A DNA stretch of 60,157 nt, filler included, from Hausera hauseri (lineage: Eukaryota), in assembly GCA_046269625.1 (NCBI GenBank). It is 11 parts of 11 records of this genome, joined end to end, with 100 filler letters (N's around TTAATTAATTAA, not from the genome) between each part and the next. Parts side by side here need not be neighbours in the genome. Positions count along the whole stretch, not along the records: positions 19,455 to 27,550 come from JBJURY010777648.1; positions 27,651 to 33,830 come from JBJURY010128873.1; positions 33,931 to 39,977 come from JBJURY010148534.1; 8 more parts are not named here. One strand, written 5' to 3'. Positions within the stretch are counted from its first letter, which is position 1, and each line of letters starts with the position of its first letter. Positions 26,800 to 39,500 of the stretch are shown piece by piece. The position numbers were made by a program, and so were the translations under genes. The notes below the pieces were generated by a model. That model saw nothing but the letters and a program-made list of their open reading frames with translations, was not told where the DNA came from and did no database searches.

Positions 26800-27300
26800 T
26801 CATCTCTTTTGGAATCTTTTGCATTCAATTAATGGAAATGAAAATTTAAATATCGTTCGAGGTCAACCAAAGGGTTCAGAAATTATATTGCGATACATTT
26901 ACATGGGCAAAGTAAATATTACTTGCAAAAAGGTTGGAAAATTGATTGAGATTGCAAAACGAATTGACGTTATTTCGTTGTCGGAATTATGTGCAAAATT
27001 TCTAGTAAGCAGTATCAGAATTAGCAGTTGTTGGAATTCATGGAAATTAATCAAACAACTAAATCTCTCTATCTTGTCGAAGAACAGACTTCTTTCTGGG
27101 GAATTTCTCGGAAATTTCTAACGAAGGGGATTTTCTAAAATTGAGTTATGAAGAGTTAGAAGATTTATTAGATAAAAACAAAGTGAATGTTCCGACTGGA
27201 ATATTCCTGTTCGATTCTATTATCAGGTGGATGGAATATAAAATTGTTGATCATGAATAGTTCTTGGTTGCTCTGTTAAACGATTTGAGATTGACTACGT
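26800..27300 (+). pseudogene. BTB-BACK (Kelch-like family) relic
   Basis: ILRYIYMGKVNIT..LIEIAKRIDVISLSELCAKFL..ISSC, then frameshifted FLEISNEGDFLKLSYEELEDLL..VNVP..FDSIIRWMEY; stops follow. Confidence 0.75.
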
Positions 27301-28539
27301 TGTAACTAATCGAAATAAATTTGTTTAAATGGAATCTTATTTTCTGACTATTGCTATGGCAGATGAAAACGATGTTGAAACTTGTTGGACAGATATACAT
27401 GATACACATGTTAGGATCTCTTAATTACCCAAAAATTTGAATAAAAAATCAAAAAATCGACCTTTTTGAATTTGAAACCTGTGAGAGAAATAACCATTTC
27501 CCCAATCAACAAAAATCCCAAACAGTAAAAGTCGAAAACGAGCTTGAAGANNNNNNNNNNNNNNNNNNNNNNNNNNNNNNNNNNNNNNNNNNNNTTAATT
27601 AATTAANNNNNNNNNNNNNNNNNNNNNNNNNNNNNNNNNNNNNNNNNNNNAGAGTGGAATGGTTGAAAAGAGTGAACAAGGATCATAAAGGAGAGGGGAA
27701 AGTAATGGAGCAGCAAAAATAAATAATTTATAATTAAATAAATTACATTTCAAACTTTAACTCTAATTCAACTTTTGAAAAAATGCGCAGTGATACTGCG
27801 GATTTCGATCCTCCGACTTTGCCGAGTAAAGTCTTCTTTACTTGTAACATTCATAGTTACTTTTAATTTTCAATCGATAAATAATGATTCGTGTGTTTTA
27901 ATAATTCAATAAAATAAAGGTAAATATAAATTAAATTTAGGAGGACAATTGTAGGTTTGTTGGATAATTGTTTAAATTTTATCTTCGTTAGAAATTTTCC
28001 TTAGTTACCAAGTGTAAATAAAATTTCATAATTGTCATTTTTATGTTGGTGTGTGTGTGTGTGTAGTGACCTTGGTGCATTGCGTGGCTCCATTTTTAAA
28101 TGGAAATCAAATATGGAATATTTTTAAAGGGTAAAATATTTTTCCATTCTAACCAACGATTTGCATTTAAATGTGAATTTGTATCATGAAAAATTGCAAC
28201 TATATGACGGCATTACGTCTGTAGTTCAATGAATTGTTTTTATGCATTTGACTGAGTATTTAGCTGCTGCAGATTTTGTAAATTTGCAAAAAATGACGAC
28301 ACACACACACACACACACACGCAAATTTTATGCATAAAAAATGGAAAAGGTAAGAAAATTAGTAAAATGATTTAATTTTATTTTTGTACAATAAATCATA
28401 AATATTTTCTGTCAATAAATAAATAAATAATTGATTGATTATTGACAATAAAATTATTGAAATGCAATCAATGACAAAAATTATCTCACTTGTTACTTTG
28501 ATGATGACTCATTCATAAATAAATTTGCGTACTGCATAA

Positions 28540-29260
28540 ATTCCCGACTTTTTTACCCAGTTTAATTTTTCTGCCAAAATTCAGGCAACCAATGAATTGC
28601 TCTTGTGAAAATCCCTTCTGCCTTTGATGCGATGAACTCATTGAGATGCATTTTGTGGCTTGTTCCACTTTGGTAAAATATTTCCCAGCCAATGCATTTT
28701 GTGACGAGCTGAACCAATGAAAATCAGTCGCAGCAACATCAGCTGAATATGCCGGATGCGGCACAACTTCTCATTCAAGTTCCCCAATTGTATTTCCTGT
28801 CGCCAAGGCAACATGCGGCCTTGCATTATCATTCTGGAATTATGTCCATAAAACTGCCGTAATTGTTGAATTGTATCATTCAGTTTCATCAGCTGATTAC
28901 TGCACCGCACTGCTGGGACTGTTTCACCCCGGTTTGACCAGATCATTCGTATGAAACATCCTTCGTATCCCCCACCAAATGCTTTCAACTTTCTTACTGC
29001 GGTGCAATGGTCAATTTCAAGGGTCTTTTGGCGAGTCCAGCAGCTTTTGCAGTTGTTCGCCTTCAGTTTCTGACTGGCTTCCAATTCGAGTTTTCTCTTC
29101 CATTTTTAAACTTCTTATGCCAGTATTTAACCGTAGCCAGTCCAAAAACGCCTTTTCCATGCGCTTCACAAATCCTTTCTTTTGCCTCATTCGCAGATTT
29201 GCCAACATTAAATATAAATAAAAATGCAAATTCGAATGTGATTCTTTGTGGGATGCACAG
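28540..29260 (-). mobile_element. Internally deleted mariner transposase pseudogene
   Basis: N-terminal HTH region (GKSANEAKERICEAHG..TVKYWHKKFKNG), NARPHVA and PHPAYSADVAATDFHWF (YSPDLAPSD-like). Confidence 0.85.
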
Positions 29261-29701
29261 TTGAATGATTCGGTTAAATGAAAAAATGTCGTTAGAAATG
29301 TTGATTTTATTTCATTAAAATGATTTGATTGGCCAGTTGGGTAGTTTTTTATGCATGACTGCAATGCACACACACACACACAACTTTATGACATGAATGA
29401 ATGAATGAATGAGTCAGTGACAGTGACGTAGTCATGACGACAGAAATTGATTGATAAATGGGCACAAATTTGTGGTGAATGATTGGCATTTTAATTTTTG
29501 GTTTTTTATAAAATTTTGTCCGTCTGATTCTCGTTCTCGTTCTTGTTCATGATGATGAATATGAAAATGAGTTTGTTACTTTTCATGAGTGAGGATTTGT
29601 TCAATGATTTGCCTATTTTAATTTTTGTAATGATGAGAAATATTTTTTATCCACATTTGCAATGAATGCACACAGGCAGACAAACTTTACAATTGACTTA
29701 C

Positions 29702-30994
29702 TTTTTTGTTGATGGCTTGTTCGATTATTTGGATAATTTCCTTTCCATCCTTTCTCTGCCGTGCCAAATCCAATGGTGTTTCACCCTCCTGCAGATGCAG
29801 TCAATATTCACATACAAACACAGAATTACGTCATTTGTTACATCCAATTGGCATCCGTATTGAATCAATAATTGGACACAAGCACCATTGCCATGACAAG
29901 ATGCGCAATGAATTGGCCGCCATCCATCCTGCATTTGTTAATGTCACACATAAAATTATTTACTTACTTTGTCTGTCACTTCTTTCTGACAACCTTTGTC
30001 CAGCAGCAATTTTACCACTGCAGTGTGACCATACCAACAAGCCAAATGAATTGGATACTGCCGCAATCCAAACTGCATGAGAAATGATTTGTGTCATTTG
30101 TTATTGTCACCAAATACAAAATGCAAAATGCAACACAATTATAAAATTATGCAATGCAAACATATTCACAATTCTACTGCACTTGTTCCATTGCATCAAT
30201 TTGACTGGCATCAGCAACCATTTCATTATTTACTTACCCAATTTCCTGCTGGCACATCAATTTGACATCCTTTGTTTATCAAAAATTCAGCAATTTCTGC
30301 ATGACCATTTTCACATGCCAAATGAATTGGCCGCCATCCACCCTGCATCAGTAAAAATTGCCATCATCAATAACAACAAATTGCTGTACACAAAGCAAAT
30401 TCACCAAATATGCACATTCAGCTGCAATTATTTCACATTTCAAAACCCACAGTCAGACAAACATCCACAATTGACAAATAATCATCAGTGGATAAGCAGA
30501 ACTGAATATTTGACAAAATCCAACAAACATCAGTAGTTAAAATGGGTTTGCTCGACAATATCGGCGGATCGAAATCCGGAGTATCACCTGACATTTTATG
30601 GCATATTTCTTCAAAATAGAATTAGATTTTAAGTTTGAAATATCATTTAATTTCTATTTACAAACAAGTTTTCCGTTTATTAAAAACAAATAATAATTGT
30701 AATTCATTAAACAAATGGACTAACACACAAACACAGACAAATTACATTTGCATTTAAAATTGGTGAATTCGCTTCATTAAACAACAAAAATAATTTACCT
30801 CATCTGCGTTATCAATCCATTCTTGTCTATACAGACGACGTACTTCCTTTGCATTGCCATTTTTCACAGCATAAATGAAATTATCAAATGCACTGAATAA
30901 AAAAAATTATGAAACACAAACAAATGACAGTGCCATCACAATGAATGGTACAAAATGTTATCAAATTACTCACATTAAAATAAATTTACCTCAT
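29702..30994 (-). CDS. Small ankyrin-repeat protein, at least 6 exons; 3' end uncertain
   Basis: Exons 30994-30990, 30892-30799, 30342-30238, 30072-29968, 29928-29830, 29788-29702, all GT-AG and in frame: GWRPIHLACENGHAEIAEFLINKGC, YPIHLACWYGHTAVVKLLLDKGC, GWRPIHCASCHGNGACVQLLIQYGC, GETPLDLA. Two introns are 39 and 41 nt. Confidence 0.88.
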
Positions 30995-31973
30995 AAAAAT
31001 AAATAATATAATTTCGTATTTTTTAAAATTAGGAAGTTTTAACTAATTTGAATTAGTGCGTTTGTAAATTTAATTCATTTAAACAAACGTCTAATTTAAT
31101 GATTGCAAATGATCAACGGCACTTAAATTACAAAATGATACATTTCCATGTTAATCGCGTTATTTCAGAAGACTGTCAATTGATATTGTTTTAATAAGGC
31201 ACTTACAAATTGTTAATATACGATGGTAAAAATAAATTGTAAATATCAGCAAGTCATACAGTTTAGTGTTGTGTTTATTTCGATAAATCTCTATGTTTAT
31301 GGCCATGTGATAACAGTGGAATTTACAAATTCTAACACATCGTCAATTTTAATATTTACAATACAATTGCTAATTACAGATGGATAAATAAACAAAAATG
31401 AACTATATATTTAAGGGAATTGTTGCACACAAACACTATTCAAATTTTACAAGTGTTGCCGAAATTCATCAGCAAATGGAGTCAAAAAGCGAATGCGACA
31501 TGAAAAACATCGACGGAAGACATTGAGCAAAATTCATCTAATTTCAAACGTTATTGATAAATCCAGTACTGTAGAGTTCCCTAATTATAACTTATACATA
31601 ACTGCCAATATCGGTAATTGAAAAAAAATAAAACCTTACATTATTGTAACTCTGTACTGTACATCATTTTACCTACGGCAATTGTTGAATTCTGATTAAC
31701 TATAATAATAAACTGTAAAATTGACAAAGTTTTGTGTATTTAAATTTAATAAATCATCATTAGGATTTCATTTTTGACATTGAAAAATCATTGGTCATTT
31801 TGTTCCATTTACCAACGTATTTCTGTAATAAACAATGATATACTTTTTACAGTATTAGAAAGATCATTTTAATTTCAATAAATTCACTAAATTTCATAAA
31901 TGATATGAGTAAAAATGGAAATAAAGTATTGGCTCAAATAATATTTCATTGAATCAAAATGACCTATAGTAAC

Positions 31974-33190
31974 TGTGAGGAGGAATTTAAACGAATATTA
32001 ATGTTTAAATTTAATTCAAAGTTAAATCAATAAACAGCCAAGATAAAGTCAAGAAATTCAAAAACAGGATGAAAAAAAGAATCATTTAATGAGTGAAGGA
32101 GATAATTGTTATACAAACTTTTATAATAAATTTCTTATGGAGAATTCAATCTTACAATCATCGAATGGCGTTGAGGTCGGAATGGTATAAACGCGATCTA
32201 CGAACATGGTGAACCATGCTTCAAGAGACTTCTTCGAGAAGAAATTTATGCCAAAAAAATTTCAGAAAGGTGATAACGTGGATACCTTTATTGGAAAATG
32301 CGAGAGACTTCGACTTCATAAAGATGTCGGAGTCGGATCGGGAAACTGCGGTCCTGTGCCTATTGGCGGACGAAGAACAGGAAAAATACCATCTGGTGAT
32401 CCAGAAGGTGAAAGGTTACCAAAATCGGTTAATACAAGCCTTTGCAAAAGCCACAACGCTGTGCGGAGACCTGCGGGAGTCATTAAATTACATAATGAAT
32501 GGGGCAAAACCGGACGCCTACTTCAACAAAATTGAACAATTGGCGAAGAGCATTCTTAGCCACAAAGTAACATTGGAAGCCCTAACAGCGGAATTGATGA
32601 TCCACTGTTGCGACAATCCAGAGATGAGAAAGGAAATTTATCGTTGTGACGAAATAAGTGTGGAGCAAATCAAAGCGAAAATACGGAAGGTCCACGAAAT
32701 TGCAACAAAGACGGAATAGTTAAACGCACTCAGAGAATACACTAGAGATTGTCGACAAAGTTATCGGGATGTGGCGGCGAATAAATTTGACAAACCAAGA
32801 CAGGAAAGGAAGGATTTCAAACTGCACAATACGCAGGCAAAGTGTAGGATGAAATGCTGGTCGTGCCACAAAGACGGGCACACAAGCCGGACATGCAACC
32901 TCCAACAAGCACCAAGATGTTTTGGTTGCGGGAAAGAAGGGCATATTAACAGGAATTGTCCGGAAGAAAACCCATAATATACTATGGGTGCAGTCAACAA
33001 GGGCACATAAGACGAAATTGCATAAATATGATATGCAATCGATGTCACAATAGAGAGCACAGGGAAGAAGAGTGCTATTCAAAATTTGACAAAAATAGAA
33101 GACAAATTACGTATACCAACAATTTCAAACGTGCGGGGTATGGTCAGAAAAGATATGGCGAGAGGGTGAACAGCTGCCTCTCGAGTTGAT
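31974..33190 (+). mobile_element. gag: LTR retrotransposon 5' part: putative short LTR, PBS-like site and gag with four CCHC knuckles
   Basis: TGTGAG..AATAAA..CTTACA (31974-32156), TGGCG at 32166; frameshifted gag 32206-33189 with CWSCHKDGHTSRTC, CFGCGKEGHINRNC, YYGCSQQGHIRRNC, CNRCHNREHREEEC. No pol follows. Confidence 0.75.
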
Positions 33191-33930
33191 TTATAATCGT
33201 TCCACTCCAACAAGCAACATATAAAACGATGTTAAAAGAACCAGCCGTGGCTAAGAGATTGTGTTGAGATAAGGGTTCGTGAGTCTTATGGTGGTCCGAC
33301 AACTGAATGTGGTCTACACCCGTGAAGTCGACGGATTTAGATAATATCCTGCTGGAAGTGAAATGGTTAATCACTCTCAGTACTACCGTAGGACGACCGG
33401 ATAATATTGTTTCTATTAACAAGTGCAAAATCGTACGATGACTATATTATTGGAATAGACGGAGTGATTTAACGACGCACAATTTATATAAGGTTTAGCT
33501 GTAGCGTACTCTTATGTTTTCCTAAAACAGCTTTCACCGCAGCCCTTAACTAGTGTCCTGATCAACGGGAGGCATCACATTTATCAGTTTCACTCGAACG
33601 AGACATTGATTCTTATTCATCTCGTAAACTTCTGAATGATGATTTGAGTAAATATCGCTGAATTGGGTGCAATTCACTCGTACCATATATAAGCATCATG
33701 GCTTCTTGATAATAATTGATATATTTATAAATAGGTCATTAGTTTAAGCGTTATGCATGAGTCATTAATTCAATTGTTATGTAAGAAAGACAATATGACC
33801 TATTCATCAATTCACCCATAAATTCTCCAANNNNNNNNNNNNNNNNNNNNNNNNNNNNNNNNNNNNNNNNNNNNTTAATTAATTAANNNNNNNNNNNNNN
33901 NNNNNNNNNNNNNNNNNNNNNNNNNNNNNN

Positions 33931-35580
33931 CCCAAATTTTGTATAATATTTCTGTCGTTACCTTTTTATAATAACCAACACCCAGTAATGACTCCCATTT
34001 TGGTTGGTAACGCGAGTCCTCTAATATTGTATGCATTGCTCTGTTTAATGCATGTGTATGTTGGCGAGGAAAAGCAAGAAATTGTCTGAATGCCTCTACT
34101 TCTTTTGGTCGGTAAATACCCTTTGCTGCTGTATTTTGAAATTTATCATCGGTTATTCCCTTTATCAAACTGGTTCCTCTCAGTTTGGTAGGAGGTGCGA
34201 TAATACCATCATTCGGTAAACTTACCCAATCTGTTTCGCTACGTCTGAACATGGGCTCTCCTAAGCTAGTTTTACAGTCTCTTAAGATTGTCGGTTGAGT
34301 AGCATTAGCCAATAGTACTCTGGTAATTGGGGTTACTAGCCTCGGTACGTCCTGATCTATCACTGGAAGCTCTTGTATACACCTGTTTTCTTCCACATTG
34401 ATCGGTACGTTTTTCTTCTCACACTCATGCGTCAATAAAACCTCTCCAGTTACTTGTCCAAAAACATCTTCCTTCATTGGAATTATTGCTGATACCAACT
34501 CAGGATTTGCGTATATTAGAGCTAGTTTAGTTCTCATGATTTCCAAGCCCAATTTGCAGTCGTTTGATATCATCTTGTGGTACAACTCGGCTATTTCGGC
34601 TTGTCCTTTATAGTAGAAGTAGTCATCTCTGTTCTTCAAATAGTCTTCAATCCGGATGTCCTGAGTCTCGAGTTTGAACGTTCTGGCATTTATTTCTGTC
34701 TCGGCTACAAAAAATGTTTCATAGTTGGTGGCATACATTACGACGTCGTATCTGGTTAGCATAGCTTTCATTGCAAATTTTAATCCATGAGTATCAGAAA
34801 TCAGTATAGTAGATGTGGACTGTTCGGCTACATCTTCTCGTAGGTTAGAGTTAGTTTCTGTCCTACTTATGTAGCGTTTTCCTGTCGTCTCGTTGAATTT
34901 AAGCTCTTTAATTCTGATAAAGTTGCAATCGGTCTTTGCTGGGGGTTCCCAAATTACTACAGAACTTCGAAACGGGCATGTGTCATCCTGAATGTGGCAC
35001 TTGTGGTTCTCGGTGTAAAATTTGGTAACGCTATGGAACATCACTTTCTGTATGCGCATTTCGGTTTCGTAAAAATCCACTACCACTACGTTTGCTTCTA
35101 ATCCTTTTCCTGTATCGTACTCTGTACCTTGACAATGTCCGGTGTGCATATCAAGTCTTCCTGCTGCCACTTTATATACCCTGATTATTTTTCCTTGCTG
35201 CATTTCCATTTCCATACTGTCCCATTTTATCCTCCCAGTTTCTCTAGCTTGCTTACAATGCTGTCGCTCTAAATTCATCGGAATTAGTGGGGTTGTTGGC
35301 TTGATTATTGACGAGTGTCCATGTAGCAGTCCGCAATGGAAAATGCTGCGAGATCGTCTCAACATACATTCTACTCCATCTAATGCAATTAGTTCGCGTT
35401 GTTGGTATAATACGCAATTCTTTTCTTTTGTTTCTAATTTGTGTGGTCTCGCGTCTTCACACATTTCTAAGTCAATTAGTGAGTATTTTTGGCCAAGTCT
35501 AAATTTGTCACAATCATATACCGTGACTGCGCCCATTTGTTTTACTAGCATCATCAGGGTCAGGAAGTTTATTAGCCAAT
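33931..35580 (-). CDS. env: Chuvirus (Jingchuvirales)-type envelope glycoprotein ectodomain, uninterrupted, cut by contig end just before the TM segment
   Basis: Motifs VYDC..YSLIDLEMC..LYQ..VEC..RSIFHCG..HSSI, VVIWEP..C, ATNY, C.L..KLALI..P, FGQVTGEVLL..C, CIQELPV..PITRVL, GIY..AFRQFLAFP, ending ILYKIW; more than 540 codons without a stop; preceded by hydrophobic WLINFLTLMMLVKQMGA. Confidence 0.85.
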
Positions 35581-36058
35581 TCGATTCGTTTCCTTTGCGA
35601 TTTCCAGTTACATTTCGTAGCAGCTCTCCGAATCTATTGTTATCGAAGAAGAATCCACTCTGATGTTCTTTCTCTTTTTCTAATAGCTTAGATCAGTTCA
35701 CTTCTCAGGATAGTTTTCTGGCAGCCTTCCTTGAAAGCTAGTAGCCTTGTTGAACTCATTTTCCCGATTCGGATTGGTTCTGATGACCAGGTATAGCAAC
35801 ACTTTCCTCAGTTCCTATATGATATTCTCTACCATAATTTTCTCAATTATCATTTCGTCACTTAAAGTGCTCTTGGTTGATTTACAGAGAAGGTTCTTCA
35901 TGGCCTTTGCTGCGTTCGCTATGGACTTCTCCTTCTCGTCTAATATATCACTGCTGAGGCTAGAGTGGTTTACTATTCGTGTCAAATCTTTTATCAGTTC
36001 GTTCATTATCCGTGCTAACGATCGGTATGGACATCTGCCTCAATTCTCTAATCAAGTC

Positions 36059-36520
36059 TCAATTATAATAGATTTCATCTCGTATCTTCCATGGCCTACC
36101 AACAGGACGTTTCTGTTTTGTTACCGCGGGTATATTGCCATCGATCGGTACTAAATTTTTATCATACTGCTCATTATCTTCATTCGTTTGTAAATACTCA
36201 AAATATACTGCTGCATCTCGAACTCCTATTATTCGTCCTACCTGTTGTTCTGCTTTAGCCTTTCTTATAGCCTCCTCTTTTGTTTCGTCGACAGCGGTAG
36301 TTACCACTACTCGGTTTACCTCACCTGGAGTAATTCCAACTTCTACTAAGGATTCCGACTCGTCTAATATCCTTCCTCTAAAATAGAGTCTATAGTTTAG
36401 CTCCTGGACGTAACCATTGTTCTTTATCCACAGCAATACATCTTTCACAAAGGAACGCGTAGTGAACTCTTGTTTCTTCTCGTCCATTTAGTCAGCCGTT
36501 ATTCTTATTTCATTCGTCTC
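36059..36520 (-). CDS. Ubiquitin-like domain followed by an AT-hook-like motif, segment of the retroelement polyprotein
   Basis: EIRITAD*MDEKKQEFTTRSFVKDVL..YRLYFRGRILDESESLVEVGITPGEVNRVVV fits the RLIFxGxxLxDxxTLxxxGI ubiquitin-like signature; no C-terminal GG; KRPVGRPWK at about 36085-36112. Confidence 0.7.
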
Positions 36521-39500
36521 CTCGGGCCTTGACCTTAAGAATTTTGCATATTCTTTGATTAAAAGTTTTGGTACCGCACTGTAAATCGTACCTTCGCTGG
36601 CTAATTTAGTTAGGGTAGGAACTAACATCTTAATTGATTTTCGGTAAGGTCTACGTTGATTAAATTGAATAGATCCTTTTCAGTTTGTGCCGGGTCTAGA
36701 AGCATTTCTACACGGAATTTCTGATCTGGTGGACACATCTCCGTTTCGTTTAAGTGCACGGGAGTTTTTGGGTTTTCAGCTACCATTGCGTTTAGATAAA
36801 TGTCCCATTCATTCTCGTCTTCGGGTAATCCAAAACCAGTCTCTGGAGTTTCTAACGGCCGGGCTAAGTTTGCTTCCTTTATTAGTTCTCTTAATTCTCG
36901 TAGTTTTTTGTTGCTTTATAACCATTTGTCTGGTTCGAAAACAACGTCCATTTCCAGAATTTCGGCGTAATACGGTTAGCAACTGGCATAATTCTTAGGC
37001 TGATATAATCCCTTGTTCCTGATAATTAGTTAACTCGGAAGTTACGTCTCTTTGCCATCTTTGCACAAATTGTGACTTGTCAGCCTTTTCTGCTTCTGTC
37101 AGAGAATACTTAACCTTATATGGTTCCAGTCCTTACACTAGTTTGTCTAATATCATCGCTCTCTGTTTAGTTTTAATGCAAGTTTCTTCGGCTTGTCGTA
37201 TCTGTGGCAGCAGCTGTTTTAGATTCTCGTCACTAATTTCTGCCATTTCCACCATCAGTAACACTAATTCATGCATCTCATTGATAATTTTTAAGTCTGG
37301 GTCCATTTCGTCAAGCAGTCTTTTTACAAACTTGGCCTCTTCGAAATTAAGATGTTGGTCATTCCTTATTTTAGTTATTTCGATATGATACCTTTGATCC
37401 GTTCTATCGATCTTTTCTTGTGGTTGATGTAAGAATGTCACTATTTCTTCGAGGATCGACTGGTATTCTGGGCAAACATCTAACGTCTTGAGATCACGGA
37501 CCGATATTTCCCCTATAGGCTTGGCGGTCAGATATTGAACTCCTACTAGGCAGACTCTTCTTAATCTTGGATAAAGGTCACAAGTCCGATTCCGTTTTTT
37601 TTTCAAAGTCTGTTTCCTCTATCATTTTATATATGTCGTCGAGTATCGTCATTTCCTGTTTCTTTTCCATAAAGTCCAATTAACGCAATGCCTCAAATTG
37701 GGTTCGAATTTCAATTACTGCTTTGATAGTATCTAGATTCCGAGCGTGTCCCTCTAATCGCTTTCTTACTGAAGGTTCGCTTTCCGGGAATTCTTTTTTT
37801 CGATTTGTTACTAATTTACTCAATCTTGTTATTACTTCGTACCATTCTTTTAACTGATTAGTGTTTTCCGGTTTTGCCATTATTGTCCTGTCTAACATTT
37901 TCTGTGCATCTTCCAACTCGTCATCTGGACATTTAATAAAGTCAATAGTCCGACGGACGTGGTTAATTTCATCCTTATACTCGTCGATTTCGAGGATACA
38001 GGCCAAAATTATTTTCTGTGTTTCGTCGTTATTTTGCTGCATAATTCTCTTTTTTAATCCATATATTTGCGATCTCTTCTCGACCTCGATTTTAAGACGG
38101 TTTTCCAAGATTGTATACTGTGTAATTGCAGTGGCTGCAATTTGTATCATTTCCATTAGTGTCGGAATATCTAATGAATTTATGCCCATTATTCCTAGAT
38201 CGACCTCAGTCCGTTCTTTAACCGGCTTCTTTTTCAGTCGGTCAACTATTGTGAATCTAATTTTTCCATAATACGCTTTAAGTTACGTACTGCTCTTTTT
38301 AATTTCGGGTTTGCTTCTAATGTAATTAATAACGACTGAGCTTGATTGACTCTAGTTTCAATATTTTGGGTAGTTTTATCTTATGCTTCTGGAGTTTTCA
38401 TTCCACTTTTTATCCGGACTTCCAATTTTTGTTTCTAGTTATCTTGTGTTTCTTTTGACACTTCCTCGGGTTGATCTAGATCTATGGCTTCGCTTAGCTT
38501 TCCGTCACCATATAATTTCATCTTTTTATATAACCTCTCTACGAACTGTTGTTTCTTTTCCGAAATGTCCACTTGTCCGCTCATTGCCTTGAATTTCTCT
38601 AGATTCTGTTGTACTACCTCTGGGTTGAGACAATTTGTCCTCATTCTTTTTAATTCATCAGCACTTCCACGAGCGTCTGATCTTCAACTTTTTAGGATCG
38701 AGTTTTTCTTCTTGTTCTGTTCCCTCTTCGCTCGTAGGTAAAGGACATATATCATTTATTTCATTTACGGATTCTGTTAGCTTATCCATTTCATTAATTT
38801 CCGGAATGTTCAAAGCAAACTCAGTGTCGCTCTCCAACGCGGTTTCAGTATCTCTCTTTGTGTCCGACTTCTTAATCATTGGGGATCTCGAACGATCCTT
38901 GCGTTTCCGTCTCATTGATGGGCTACGGCCTCTATTCTTTGTCATTTTAAGTATTAGTGGTTCAAAAAATTCTTTTTCTTTGTCGGTCTCCACCTTCTTG
39001 GTTACCTTTTCTATCGTATATTCGGGTTCTACATCTAAATCTACCTCATCCAGAGTCTCAGGTTTTCCTGTTTCGACTAAATCTTTGTTTATCGTAGGAA
39101 TGTTCTTTTCCGTGCCATATCATTAAGCCTTGGCATGGCAATGGAATGTTCATTTTCCGTCTCTGGTTCCCGCAGGCCATGGTAAACTTCCAATAATCGT
39201 AATGTGCTCATACTCGTTTTTGGCTATTAAAACTTTACGGTTTTTAGTATTAGGTTGGGCCTTTAAAAAGCTTCGTAAGTCTTGTATCTCAATGATCATA
39301 CCCGTGTCTCTACGGACACCGTAAATTGCTTCTAAGTTTTCGTTTTTAATTACATTAGTTTTACTAGGTTCGACAAACGAGACACTTCGCGGATTTGGAC
39401 AGGACCTCGCTATGTGTCCTTCTTGTCCGCATGTATAACAAATTAAGTTGCCATTTCTACCAATCCTTTGTCGGCCATCTTTGTTTAACGGGGATTTCGA

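Noticed and set aside
1-33960. Direct join of contig 33931-39977 to contig 1-6545 as a single element copy
   Set aside because: The overlapping codons differ (LYKIWG vs LKKLWG), so they are homologous positions in different elements.
35142-39324. Plus-strand ORFs rich in S/F/I/L (35142, 35747, 37861, 38635 and others)
   Set aside because: Antisense shadows of the charged minus-strand polyprotein.
39295-39325. DTG in GVRRDTGMII as an aspartic protease after Gag
   Set aside because: Lacks the hydrophobic residues before Asp and a clear downstream ILGxD motif; not convincing, though an HMM check is worthwhile.
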